The translations under genes and the position numbers were made by a program. The notes beneath the pieces were generated by a model. That model did no database searches. It saw only the letters and a list, made by a program, of their open reading frames with translations, and was not told the DNA's origin. DNA of 64,000 nt, from NCBI RefSeq assembly GCF_947568905.1, contig NC_079167.1:91512001-91576000 (forward strand), given 5' to 3'. Shown one piece after another: positions 47,605-59,377 of this stretch; within the stretch, counting starts at the first letter, position 1, and every line of letters starts with the position of its first letter. The DNA comes from Ostrea edulis. Its lineage: Eukaryota.

Positions 47605-47966
47605 GTTTGTTGTTTTACTATTGCTAGATATTTTGTGGTTCAGAATGCTTCTTCACTGTAAAGATTCAGTTAAAGATCACTATTCTCCATCTCATTACGG
47701 TTTTATTATGAAGATGAAGTAAAGGTACTAGTCTCATCAGATTTGATTTTCTATGCAAGGTAGGGTAGGAGTGACATAAATTATGCTTCTGTTAACTTCA
47801 TGTACTCTTAGTAAAGCTATTGCAAAGAAATTTTTACCTACAATTAAATATTAACACTTATTGCATCGTTATTTTCTCTATAGTAGTGAAACACAGGTTC
47901 ATTATGTAAGTAAATAAAGCAATGGTTGAAATTGTGCCGGTGTACAGTGATGTAATCTTTGTGTAG

Positions 47967-48098
47967 GTAATGGAATATTTCCTATTGGTGGGACCTCGGG
48001 ATACACAGACATAGACAATGATAGTATTGCGGGCTCCAGTCTAGGAGGATCATTTTTAGAGCTCCGACAACCAAACAAAAGATTCGGAGGGAACATAG
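47967..48098 (+). CDS. ABCA1: Probable symmetric C-terminal tail exon (GNGIFPIGGTSGYTDIDND)
   Basis: ctttgtgtag acceptor, AG|GTATGT donor, 132 bp, phase 1 to 1, open frame; no homology recognised. Confidence 0.62.
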
Positions 48099-48174
48099 GT
48101 ATGTCTAACATTGTAAGAGCAGAAATTGAAGCCTAATGCATCGGTGTAGTTACAAACAAGGAAACCACTAACAA

Positions 48175-48750
48175 AGATATCTTCACATTAGTGTTATTGC
48201 TGGGAGAGGGCGACATCTTCACATTAGTGTTATTGCTGGGAGAGGGCGACATCTTCACATTAGTGTTATTGCTGGGAGAGGGCGACATCTTCACATTAGT
48301 GTTATTGCTGAGAGAGGGCGACATCTTCACATTAGTGTTATTGCTGGGAGAGGGCGACATCTTCACATTAGTGTTATTGCTGGGAGAGGGCGACATCTTC
48401 ACATTAGTGTTATTGCTGAGAGAGGGCGACATCTTCACATTAGTGTTATTGCTGGGAGAGGGCGACATCTTCACATTAGTGTTATTGCTGAGAGAGGGCG
48501 ACATCTTCACATTAGTGTTATTGCTGGGAGAGGGCGACATCTTCACATTAGTGTTATTGCTGGGAGAGGGCGACATCTTCACATTAGTGTTATTGCTGGG
48601 AGAGGGCGACATCTTCACATTAGTGTTATTGCTGGGAGAGGGCGACATCTTCACATTAGTGTTATTGCTGGGAGAGGGCGACATCTTCACATTAGTGTTA
48701 TTGCTGGGAGAGGGCGACATCTTCACATTAGTGTTATTGCTGGGAGAGAG
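48175..48750 (+). repeat. 16 x 36-bp intronic minisatellite
   Basis: gacatcttcacattagtgttattgctgggagagggc. Confidence 0.96.
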
Positions 48751-49028
48751 CATACATAGGCTATGCCCAACCCTTTTGAGTTTCTCAATAAAATATGTTT
48801 AAATTAAAATTAGTGTTATTGCACATACACATGTATACACATTCGATATAACTTTATCAACTGTAAGCTTGTTGGATGTAACAGACATCAAATAGACTGC
48901 CTTTTTCTTTTAGTTTTTGAGAAAATAGCTTTTTATCACATTTTCACTTTCAGATGTCAAAAAGGAATTTTAGAACAGCTCTTTTGGGGGTTTTCTTACT
49001 TTAGAGATTGTCATATTTTCACTTTCAG

Positions 49029-49156
49029 ATTCCAGTAATTTGGCTTACACAGACGAGGAAAGCCTCACAGGAAGCACGGTGGACTTGATTCGCCCCAGTA
49101 GTGCTAGAAGTAGTACCCGGAGCTCTAACACAATGTCCAATGTCCAAATTTTCTGA
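49029..49156 (+). CDS. ABCA1: Terminal coding exon (DSSNLAYTDEE...NVQIF*)
   Basis: ctttcag acceptor, phase 1, TGA at 49154-56, followed by AT-rich UTR-like sequence. Confidence 0.72.
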
Positions 49157-50780
49157 ACAGTGCACAAGATGATGCTGTCATTGTGAAGCACAGTTAAATA
49201 CTTCAAGGGAAGGACCAGAAATACTGATAACTTGACATATCGGAATGGAACATAGAGCGCATGAGGCTTGGAGGAAATAGGACAAATGTTCCTCAATGTG
49301 ATATTAAAAAATGTTTTCTTACTTACAAGGTGACCAATGCTGCAATTGCTTTACATCTAGACCTGATCTGTGATGTGTTGAATTCTAATTTTTTTTTTAA
49401 ATCACCTTTAGAATGATATACACAGTAGTATGTGATTGTTGTACAACTTACGTTTTCTTTAGATTTTCTTTACTTAATGAAATGTACCTCCTTTTTTTGT
49501 TTACACCCTGGTGTTTTGTATTTTCCTGGTATTTTGTGTACGTGAACACCGACATGCTGGTAATGTTAATGTGTACATGCGTGAAACTTACTCAGTACAT
49601 GTAATTTGTTTTGTTTGTCAATGAGAGAATCTCATATTTTATATCCAGCAAATGTGTTTTTTTCTTAAAAGATTGTGATTGATGTTGTCCATACTTCAGA
49701 CAGTGTGATGGTTTTACTTGTTTACGACATCTGTCTTTCATCTTTAACTTTCCGTATGTAACCGGATTCCCGTGTATCAATGTAGCACGTAAAAATCAGG
49801 AAATGTACATACTTCAGTACTGTCATCCTGGATTCACTTATTCCAAAATTTGTATTTTCAAAACTCTTTGTCTCTGATACATACACAGATACCTGGGAGT
49901 GTCATCTGATATCATGGAGTAGTGGCAAGATGTAGGACTTATCCATTCTTGAATACAAAGCTGAATGTTCAGATCTCTACAGAGGCATAGACATTTTTTT
50001 TAATTCACTTTATTAATTATTGGCACTGTGGGGTTTTTTTAAAGGTCCATGGAGATCATAGGAAATAAAACTAAAATAATTCAATCTTTTTTTGTAAATG
50101 TAGTTGGGGAATATGAATTTAACTGAAACTGAACTACAATTTCAAATTTTCAGGATCTGAAGGTTGTACAACCTTAAACTATAAATTCAGGAATCAACTC
50201 TAAAATGTACTAATTCTTCCTTGTCCCAGAAAACAGTGCATCTTATGAATTGAAGAACAATTTTATTACATCTATTTGATGAATTGTTGATTTGTCATTA
50301 AAAAGAGGTTTACAGAAACAAAGTTTGATAATCGCTTGATTAACAGGAAATAAATGAAATTTGTTGTGTAGCTTTTTGGTATGTGGTGGTTGTTAACGAT
50401 TAACCCATATATGTAGGTTTCTTTTACAGAGAAAATGTGCTGAAAGTCCTTTTGAAACAGCTTTCAACACTGACTTGCAATTTCTTTATTCATCTTGCAC
50501 ACACAAGTTTCATTTTATAGTAATGTAAAACCTTTTTTAAAATATCAGAACTTAACATTTTTTAAGGACTTTCAACTGTGATGTTCCCAATGAAAACTTA
50601 ATGAATATGTGTTAAAAAAAAAGAAAAAGAAATTGACATATTTCAACACAACATCAGTATCTATCACATGTACATGAATATCCGGGAGCATAGTTTGTTT
50701 TTGTTTGTGCTGATCACATTGCTTTTGTTTTGTTCATGATCAATGATTAAATTTTTGTTATATTTGAAAAAAAAATTTAT

Positions 50781-50786
50781 AATAAA
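50781..50786 (+). promoter_or_regulatory. Candidate polyadenylation signal of ABCA gene
   Basis: AATAAA about 1.6 kb after the stop; other AATAAA copies occur earlier (e.g. 50064). Confidence 0.3.
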
Positions 50787-50839
50787 ACATGATATTACAG
50801 TTTAGTGTTCCTTCTGTATGTGAATTTACTGTGTGATAT

Positions 50840-51010
50840 TTGTATTGTTAAGAGCAGAGGTGGATCCAGGTATTGGGTTAAAGGAAGGGGTTTAAAGGAG
50901 GTGGATCCAGGTGTTGGAATTCGCGGAGGATACTGTAAGAGGTGTCCAGGAGGTGGATCCAGGTGTTGGAATTCACGGAGGATAATGTAAGGGGTGTCCA
51001 GGAGGTGGAG
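50840..51010 (+). repeat. 3-4 x ~50-bp G-rich repeat
   Basis: ggaggtggatccaggtgttggaattc. Confidence 0.75.
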
Positions 51011-52886
51011 TCTGCCATGGAAGCTCTTTAGCTTTGTTCGTTGTTGGGATGCCAAAAACATTTTGATAAATAACAATACATTCTTCATAACAATATAGAC
51101 ACTAATACCATGTCTCTCTCTCTGATGGACAATCTTCCCCTCAGAGGCTTGGAGCCCAAGGAATACTGCAGTATTCAAAACAATTTCTACTCCAACAGCC
51201 TATGGCAAACTGGGAGAAAACTTTATTTTCACATTAATATAGTTGTACTTGATCACTTGGCAGTTCTTTTAAACGCTTCGCATTCTGCTTTGGCACTTGG
51301 ATTTTAACTTCTACAATCTAGTGCTGATTAGACTCGTGTTGAATGAGTCGTGTACAAATGAAGAATGGTCCCCTTAATGTTTGAGACCAAATCAAATAAT
51401 ATGCAGAATTCGTCTCCAATTTGCAGGTAAATGTACAGGTAATAATACCCGATAATTTTCGCATTTAGTCTTACCAGTCATCTTTAATTAATTATTAATA
51501 TAGATACTCAAATTTAAACAAAACTCCTATCTTATTAATTTCATAGAAAAAATGAAAGAACAGCTGATTTATACGCGAGTTATCGTTCTTGCTCTAGATC
51601 CTCTGAGCGAAAGGGAAAAAAAACCCGAAAAACTTATGTCTCAAAATTTGTAAATAAATTACAAAAAGGTAGTTAATTGTTATTTGTCATTTTACCGGTT
51701 ACGAATACTTTTATTTTCAAATATTCTAGAAAAATATAGATCTCTAGTTGCAGGTTAAAAACCTATACTGGGCCACGATGAAATACTCTACCCGTACGTA
51801 TATTGTCACTCAAATTACATGATGACCTAGATTTGAAAGTCGGAGTTCACAAAATAGAAATAAGCGAACTTATTATAAATACCACGAATTATCAATTTTT
51901 ATCAACCTGAGCAGGAATTTAAAATATGTTACTATATGAAATCAAATGATGATAACGGAAAAATTCAAATGAAACGAAAGACGTGTTGTTTGCCTAGTTA
52001 CGGTTCATAAAATGCCAGTAGTTCGGAGTGTGTGTAGGATAATTCGTAAGGTCTCCACATTTGTCGGGATATCCCTATACGTAAAAGTTACCGATATATA
52101 AGAAATACAACGACAAATCACTTCACAATGTTCAAAGGAAATTGTGAAATATATATATATTCTTATATATGCATGTTTTTATACAATATAGTTTATTTTA
52201 ATGAAAGATTGTGAGCCAATATTGGCATACTATGTTCAAGGTTTTCCCCAAGGAAAGAGAAATGCGGTGTTGTTATACCACATGACTGCTTTCTTGTTAT
52301 TTTGATCTTGTTCAGTTTGTGAAGTATGCAATCATCTTACAGTGTCGTAACATTATTTCAGAATTTTTTAAAACATCAAAGGTCGATTGATTGATTTTTT
52401 ACTAAATTTATCATTGTTGCTTTTATTTCAAAGTATTCTTACTTGGAGCAATGCTACAAAATACGGCCATGTGACATTTTTATTAAGTTAATGTTAAAAA
52501 CCATGGTCATATTCATGATCAAAACATGTAGCCCTACACATGTAGCCTTAGTTTTTGTCCAAACACAAAAAAATCAATCAAACAAAAAAACCTACAACTT
52601 TACTTTGCAAAACTGCGGAGCTTTCGAATGCTTCGCCCTGGATCCTTGTGTACAACATTAGACCATCACATAGTCGCAGATATATATCCGCAAGTCTATG
52701 CGCATAAAATCGATAACGACACATTGCACCATTTACCTTTTCTTCGGTATTATAACGTTTGCGCACATCATTTGCGCACATTACTGACGCCTAGGGTAAA
52801 CACAGCTGGTAGAGGTCCATATGTGAATCGATTCACGGATGAATATTGACGTTCGTTTTCCGCTCCCAAAATATTAACCCCAAAAA

Positions 52887-53291
52887 ATGGATATTTTTTT
52901 AACCAACAAAGGGAAACCTTGTTTTAAATATAATGGATATTTATATCGACTGACCCGTGAATCCAAATATGCGAAATTTTACCGCTGCACCAAGAAAGAC
53001 TGCAAAGCTAACTGCAAAACAGACTTGGCTGATCTAACCATTTTAGACGGAAGATTTGACCACAACCATCCTCAACCAGAAGATAAGCAATTTCACCGAC
53101 ACAAAGTTAGACAAGGCTGCAAACGCAAGGCAACGGAAGATCCGGTTGAAAGACCATCCACGATCATTCTGAATGAAGTGGCCAAAAACTATCCGGTAGA
53201 CTTTCTTCCCGAGGATGTCCACGCTTTACGTCAGGCAATATACAGAAGTCGAAGGAGCACACAAAATGAAGAAATAGGTATTGGTTTTTAA
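52887..53291 (+). CDS. FLYWCH-type zinc-finger ORF (134 aa), probably the N-terminus of a MULE-like transposase or a domesticated derivative
   Basis: IFLTNKGKPCFKYNGYLYR...FYRC-x4-C-x19-HNH, followed by KRKA..DP.ERPS.II and RQAIYRSRR, typical of FLYWCH-MULE N-termini; possible donor ag|gtattg near 53278. Confidence 0.72.
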   Translation: MDIFLTNKGKPCFKYNGYLYRLTRESKYAKFYRCTKKDCKANCKTDLADLTILDGRFDHNHPQPEDKQFHRHKVRQGCKRKATEDPVERPSTIILNEVAKNYPVDFLPEDVHALRQAIYRSRRSTQNEEIGIGF

Positions 53292-55989
53292 CTCTTACAT
53301 ATCCCGGTATGACAATATCAATACTTGTAGTAAACATCAATTGGACACGTCGCCTTTGTTCCATTGTCTATGGAACACGGCGTTTTGTGTGTGCTTCAAT
53401 TAACTCGGAACTTCGCGCATGTCGCGCAATGGTGCGTGCATGCCGGGTTAAGAAAACAAGTAATCAAAGTACTGGAAGTACTAAGTTTGTTTCATCAAAT
53501 AAGAATAATAATAGATTCTGCCCTCTAACAAAATACAAGTCATTAGGTCAAAAGTAATTATGTAAAGTTTTATCATTCATAGGTATGCTTTATATTCTAC
53601 TTCAGAAATCTGTAAGAGTTGAGATATAAAGATATAGCAGTGTTTTCAAATTTTAATTTATCTTAGTTGTAAGATTTTTTTGTAAAAAGGGCCACCGTGA
53701 GGGATTTAGAGGGCCGGGGTTTGACCCTCTTTTTGATGCATGTTTATTAGTACTCTTTACCCAGTATACCGTAAATATGTCGCTGTCAATGCATGTGCCT
53801 TTTGAAGCTTCACATCAATTGAAAATTGAGAAATCATTCAGATGCATTGCCACGAGGGGTTTTATTTGGTCCTTAGACCTCAGAACCTTAATATGTAAGT
53901 TTTGAGATGCATCTGTGTTATTTCCCTTTTTGAGAACTCTTGTACACAGTAAGATCACAAGATGTGAGACAAATCAATTGTTTACATGTGGAAAATAGGG
54001 CATTATGCCCACCACTGCATTTGTGAATGTCTCTATGCAGCTTTATCACCCAAATCTGATTGACACACAGAACAGTTGCTCATGTCTAGCTACTAGTTTT
54101 AACTTCTTGGCATGCTCAGTGATGCAAAAGGGTTAGTGAAGTATGCACACACAAAATAAAATCAGCTATGCCACTTACTCTTACACAGAAATTCATTATT
54201 GTATTTATGTCTGTGAAAATATTTTTACTGTGTTCAAATGATCATACTGAACACGATTAATTCAAGGCTTGTGAATGGATAACCCTATCGCTAACCCTCA
54301 CCAGTCCTTTGCAACATTGAAAAATTCAAACATTGCTGCCAATGCATCCCTTCAGTCTGGCAAAGTACATCACTCCCAGCGTACTCTGCTGTTTTCAATT
54401 TTCTCCATTTAGTGTGATAATAATTGTAAATTAATTTCATTCAGTGATGATTGTAATGTTGACTGCATGACCACTGATGATAGATTGCAATAAAGAGAAA
54501 AAATTAACAAATTTTAGAAGCAATTAAAGCATGGTTTTAAATTTGAAGGTCTTTATAGTAAATGTGCACAATGACCTTCAAATAAATTCTAAGTGATTAT
54601 TATATGCATATATATCAGATCTACAGGTAAAATACATTAATTTAGTAACATATACTTGACATACCAAGAATGCACACTGTCTCTTCTGATTATGATATGA
54701 TGTTAGGGTTGGAGGGGGGAGGGGTCTCTGCTTTTTTTCCCCAAATTATCTGTCATAAACAAAGAGTTATATTTTTACTTTTCAAAGACCCAGAAAAAAT
54801 TGAATTGTTTGTTATGTAATTTAGCGTTTATAAACTAAAAACCAGCACTGGAAATGACATTTTTAGCCAAAAATGATGATTGATGATAAAATGACTCATT
54901 TTTATTTCTGCAATAACAAATTAATATGCTAATGAATATGGCTTTATTACACAAATATTGGAAGTTTCATAAAGTATATTTCATGTCTTCTCTTGCAATT
55001 TCACGTTTTTGAGGTGCTAAAATATGCCCATAATCATCACTTATTGCAAGATCTATATTATATATCGTTAAAATCAAATGATGTATGCGAGGACCACAGT
55101 CTTCATTTATAACATGGTTGATGTTAGAGTAATGTTGATGACAATTTATGCCGATATTTATGCACTGCACTAATTGTTATGGGCTTGGAAATAGGGGGGG
55201 GGGATAGCATATATATTATTACCAAAGACAACATGGTATTAATCTCTCATGGTACATATTGTCGTTCAGTGGTACAGAAAGGTTACTCATTTAAAACATG
55301 CGACTACCATCATCTAGAATGATGATAATGAAATAAAATATTGTGTTTTTGATATACTGTTGTATCAAGGAGGGAGAAAATGCAATGGACCAGACCTGGA
55401 CTTGAACATAAGGCTCCATGAGGGCGAGTCTCTAAGCAGGTGATTAATTACCAGTTGATGATTGAACCCAGCTAACTGCCACAATCCTCTCTTCACACTT
55501 TGAAGACACCAAACAGGACCTTTATATTCCCTGCATGGTAGGCACACATCACTGATGCCATGCTAGCTCAGTTGCTGGAGCACCTGACTAGAAATCCCTC
55601 ACCCCCACCCACCCCGACTTCAAACATGATGTGGACCATTGCATTTCCTTCCTGTTACACTAGCTGTTTTACAGAAACAAGAATGCTGATTTGACTTTGC
55701 ATGATAAATAGCAAATATATGCATCATCAATTTTTACTTGTAAAGCCTGCCAAAGGTCAAAGTCCTGCATATGTAATGATGGTATGTGACACATATACTT
55801 TCATGTGATGATACACCGGTGACATGCTGGTTATAATGTTTAGTGATTTAGATAACACCGAGTTACCTTTTATTTGGTTATATTTAGTACCGACGCTCTA
55901 ATCGGAACAGCCTCTGACCTTATACAGATCTTATTTAACCCGGTTTTCTTGCATCATTCATAATTGTCATTTACTACCAGCATTTCTTT

Positions 55990-56510
55990 CATAAAGAAAT
56001 ATTTACAGTTTCAATGGTTTTAACTTTTTGCCTTTGACATATTAACAAAGAATTTTTTACAGTTTCAATGGTTTTAACTTTTTGCCTTTGATATCTTAAC
56101 AAAGAAATATTTACATTTTCAATGGTTTTAACTTTTTGCCTTTGATATCTTGACAAAGAAATATTTAGAGTTTCAATGGTTTTAACTTTTTGCCTTTGAT
56201 ATCTTAACAAAGAATTATTTACATTTTCAATGGTTTTAACTTGTTGCCTTTGATATCTTGACAAAGAAATATTTACAGTTCCAATGGTTTTAACTTTTTG
56301 CCTTTGATATCTTAACAAAGAAATATTTACAGTTTCAATGGTTTTAACTTTTTGCCTTTGATATCTTAACAAAGAAATATTTACAGTTTCAATGGTTTTA
56401 ACTTTTTGCCTTTGATATCTTAACAAAGAAATATTTACAGTTTCAATGGTTTTAACTTTTTGCCTTTGATATCTTAACAAAGAAATATTTACAGTTTCAA
56501 TGGTTTTAAC
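55990..56510 (+). repeat. About 9.5 x 54-bp minisatellite
   Basis: aaagaaatatttacagtttcaatggttttaactttttgcctttgatatcttaac. Confidence 0.94.
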
Positions 56511-57169
56511 AGCCCGAAATTCTGATAGAAATAAAGTAGAATATAAATATAAAGTAGAATATAAATATAAGAAATGTTCATATTTATGTGATTCATTATC
56601 AATTAATATAATGTTGTCAGCAATATTTTATGCTGACTATGTACCATTATACTATTTATATTATTTTGTAAGTTGAAAATGATACCATTCCCTGATATGA
56701 AAGTAACCACTACAAACCTTCTCATTTGAAATATTTTGTAACTTTCAAGGAGAAATAATTCTAATTTTAACATTTTGTCCCTGAACGGTAAACAGACTAT
56801 GAATAAACCTCTTAAATGGACCTATGAAATTTAACATAACATATTTTTCACTTTAGTTTGGGCATTAGCTGAGTACAAATCAATTCTAAACACATGATAG
56901 ACTTGTTAATTGTTCAGAGCGATCAATTAGATTAAATGCCATTATCTCCTATTTGTAAGATAAATGTATGTATAGCTCATTAAGCATTCTGTAATTGTTT
57001 ATAAAGTAAATTAATGAATCAAGGTTGGGGCCATAATTTGGATTAAATATCTACATGGGGGAAATGCAACTGCTCAGGTGTACATATACTGATGACATAT
57101 ACTGGTACAGCTTATTTCTCTTGGGAGTTGCATTAACAATGCTACTTCACATCTTTTGTAATTAATTAT

Positions 57170-58100
57170 GTGAATGTAAGGCTGCATGAAGTGAACTTTT
57201 CTGATCAAAGTTTGTCCTTGTTTTTTCTGGAGGGTTTTATTTGTAATTTTTCATATTTTCAACTTTTTCTCAAAACCACTGGGCCAATTGCATCCAAACT
57301 TGGTACAAGACATACTAGGGGATCAAGTTTGTTCCAATCTCAACAATTCAAATGATTTGTATGTAATCATCGTCTTGTTTCTTTGAAATGAATACAGTTT
57401 AAACTAAGTTTGTTTCATTGAAGTACCATATATTTTTTCTTTCCATCTTTCCAAGGGGACACAATAATGAAAATAGGTCAGTATGCCCCTGTCTGTGGAG
57501 GCATCCTCATATATAGTGTAAACTTTAGTATATTTAAATAGTGCCTGCCCCCCCCCCCCCCCCCCCTTCCGGCTTGTCTACTATGAGTTTTTAAATTTTT
57601 AAATATGAAAGCATCATCATATAAGTGTAGGGTAAGATTCTTTTTCTTTTAGCCCCCCACCCCCGCTGGCATCAAGATGGGATCAGAGTGGGGGTTAAAC
57701 ATTCACATTGTTTAAATAGGGATCAACAACTGCCCTATGATTAGTGAAACCAAAATGAAAGCATCCTCATAATGATGCTATATACAGTGTAGAATCAAGT
57801 GGCCCGAGAGGTCAAGATTGCCCGGGCTACTGTGCATGTCTGTTCAGAGGTGAACACAAATGAATAAGGAATTATTTAATCATCTCTAGAACACCTATGC
57901 AGTTTATGAAATCAATTTGAAACCTCCCTCATATAGTGCGGATTTCAGTTTCTTCAACTAGTTTCAGGGGTCAAGATGGGGTCTAAAGTTTAATATAGGA
58001 AAATGTAGGGAGTCTTTTAAAAACTTCTGAAATACAAAAGATAGAAGTTTGTTAATTTATGTTATTACTGTTATAGAGCATATAGTTCAGGTGAGCCTTG
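57170..58100 (+). mobile_element. Highly degraded relative of the element at 101-1068
   Basis: Shared aagtgaacttttctga, accactgggccaatt and tcaagtttgttc; caggtgag near the 3' end. Confidence 0.5.
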
Positions 58101-58646
58101 TAGTTGTACTCTCTAAACAGATATTAAAAGCGTGTGGAAATTTTGTTTAAGTGTAGATATATAATATTTCAAGGTCAGTCATGGATTATCAATATCTGCT
58201 AAACCTTGTATCGCGATAAGTTACTATATTATCGTAGACATTCGTTTATGGTTGTGGTTACTTAGTATGGACGTAGCTTGGAGTGTGAAGGGGTAGGGAT
58301 ATGTAACGGCCCTAGAGCGCGATTTCCGCGCCCAGGGAATTCCTATAGGAAAGAAGTGCGTGCCCACGACTGGGGTAATCGTAGATCACAACGGTAAACA
58401 ACGTGATCCAAAATCAAATCCAGAAATCGATTCTGTGAAATGAAAGCGTTTTCTGAACTAAAATTCATTAATACCATCACAGAGGAAAGTTGGGAAAACA
58501 TCAATTGATATACAACACTTAATGTATAGGACAACCTCTAAAGATAAAGGGATGGATCGTATTCAAAAACCAGCAGTAATTTAATATTTTCAGAATTTGA
58601 TCACTCTCTCTGCTGTGTAGAATATCGCTTGTATGCCCTGAGCTTG

Positions 58647-58702
<56 letters not shown>
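58647..58702 (+). repeat. (CT)n(CTAT)n microsatellite
   Basis: Direct reading. Confidence 0.95.
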
Positions 58703-58705
<3 letters not shown>

Positions 58706-59377
58706 CAGATTATACAGCCAGGAATCATTGATTGAAACACATTTATTACAACCTTAGTGTGGGTCGTCTACCCGGCAAGGCATAAATTAATACCCCAGTC
58801 CAGGTGATGAGTTTTGTTTTATTGTTAAATAATTATTAATATTTGGCACATGTTTGTAAGACGACAAAAGGCGTATTCTAGCCTTGTTGTCCAGAACCAA
58901 TCTATAGCGGAACCTGACGATTGTTATCATGCACAGAAGTCGTGTTGTATCCACCGACTTCAAAGTTAAGCAGCACCACCGAGTGTCCCCATAGCACATC
59001 CACACAAAAAGCTCATCCATTTTTAATTTATCACATTTTCTCTTCACAAGTTTGAATGACACTTTAATCCAACCCATCCCGCACAGATCGTTTGTTACAC
59101 GCGAAATTCAGCGGAGTTGTCGTTGTATTAATTGGAATGCAGTGTTGCTGTGTAATCGAATAAACCGGTAATGTGATTATCTTCTTCTCCATTATTCCGT
59201 TTATTGATCCGAATGGAGTTTATTCGTGGAAATGACAAGAGAATAGATAAATATACCGACCATAAATAAGTCTTATCCTATTTCCAAAATATTTCAGTTG
59301 CCGGTCGTAATATATATTGATCTTCCGTCGGATTTAAGTGCGGTGTGGCTATTTCCAGCATTGTATAGCGAAAAATA

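Larger units (their letters stand above)
1181..49156 (+). other. ABCA1: ABCA1-like (ABCA1/4/7 family) full ABC transporter gene, 47 coding exons in window, 5' end outside window
   Basis: Spliced translation gives ECD1-TMD1-NBD1-ECD2-TMD2-NBD2 with Walker A motifs GHNGAGKTT and GVNGAGKTT, signatures [10 protein letters not shown] and [10 protein letters not shown], Walker B ILDEPTAG and FLDEPTTG, and C-terminal VFINFAK. All junction phases are consistent. Many exon sizes (142, 140, 177, 223, 222, 205, 132, 138, 170, 178, 116, 124, 130, 142, 135, 104, 93) match those I recall for vertebrate ABCA1. Exact orthology within ABCA1/4/7 is not resolved. Confidence 0.93.

Noticed and set aside
48133-48802. 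206- and 203-aa repeat ORFs on both strands
   Set aside because: 36-bp minisatellite.
54010-55530. Possible minus-strand micro-exons (55452-55530, about 54302-54388, about 54015-54057)
   Set aside because: Plausible GT donors, but weak acceptors, no consistent reading frame and no recognisable product; needs RNA-seq.
58290-58420. CpG-rich patch suggesting a promoter
   Set aside because: No linked transcript can be supported from the sequence.
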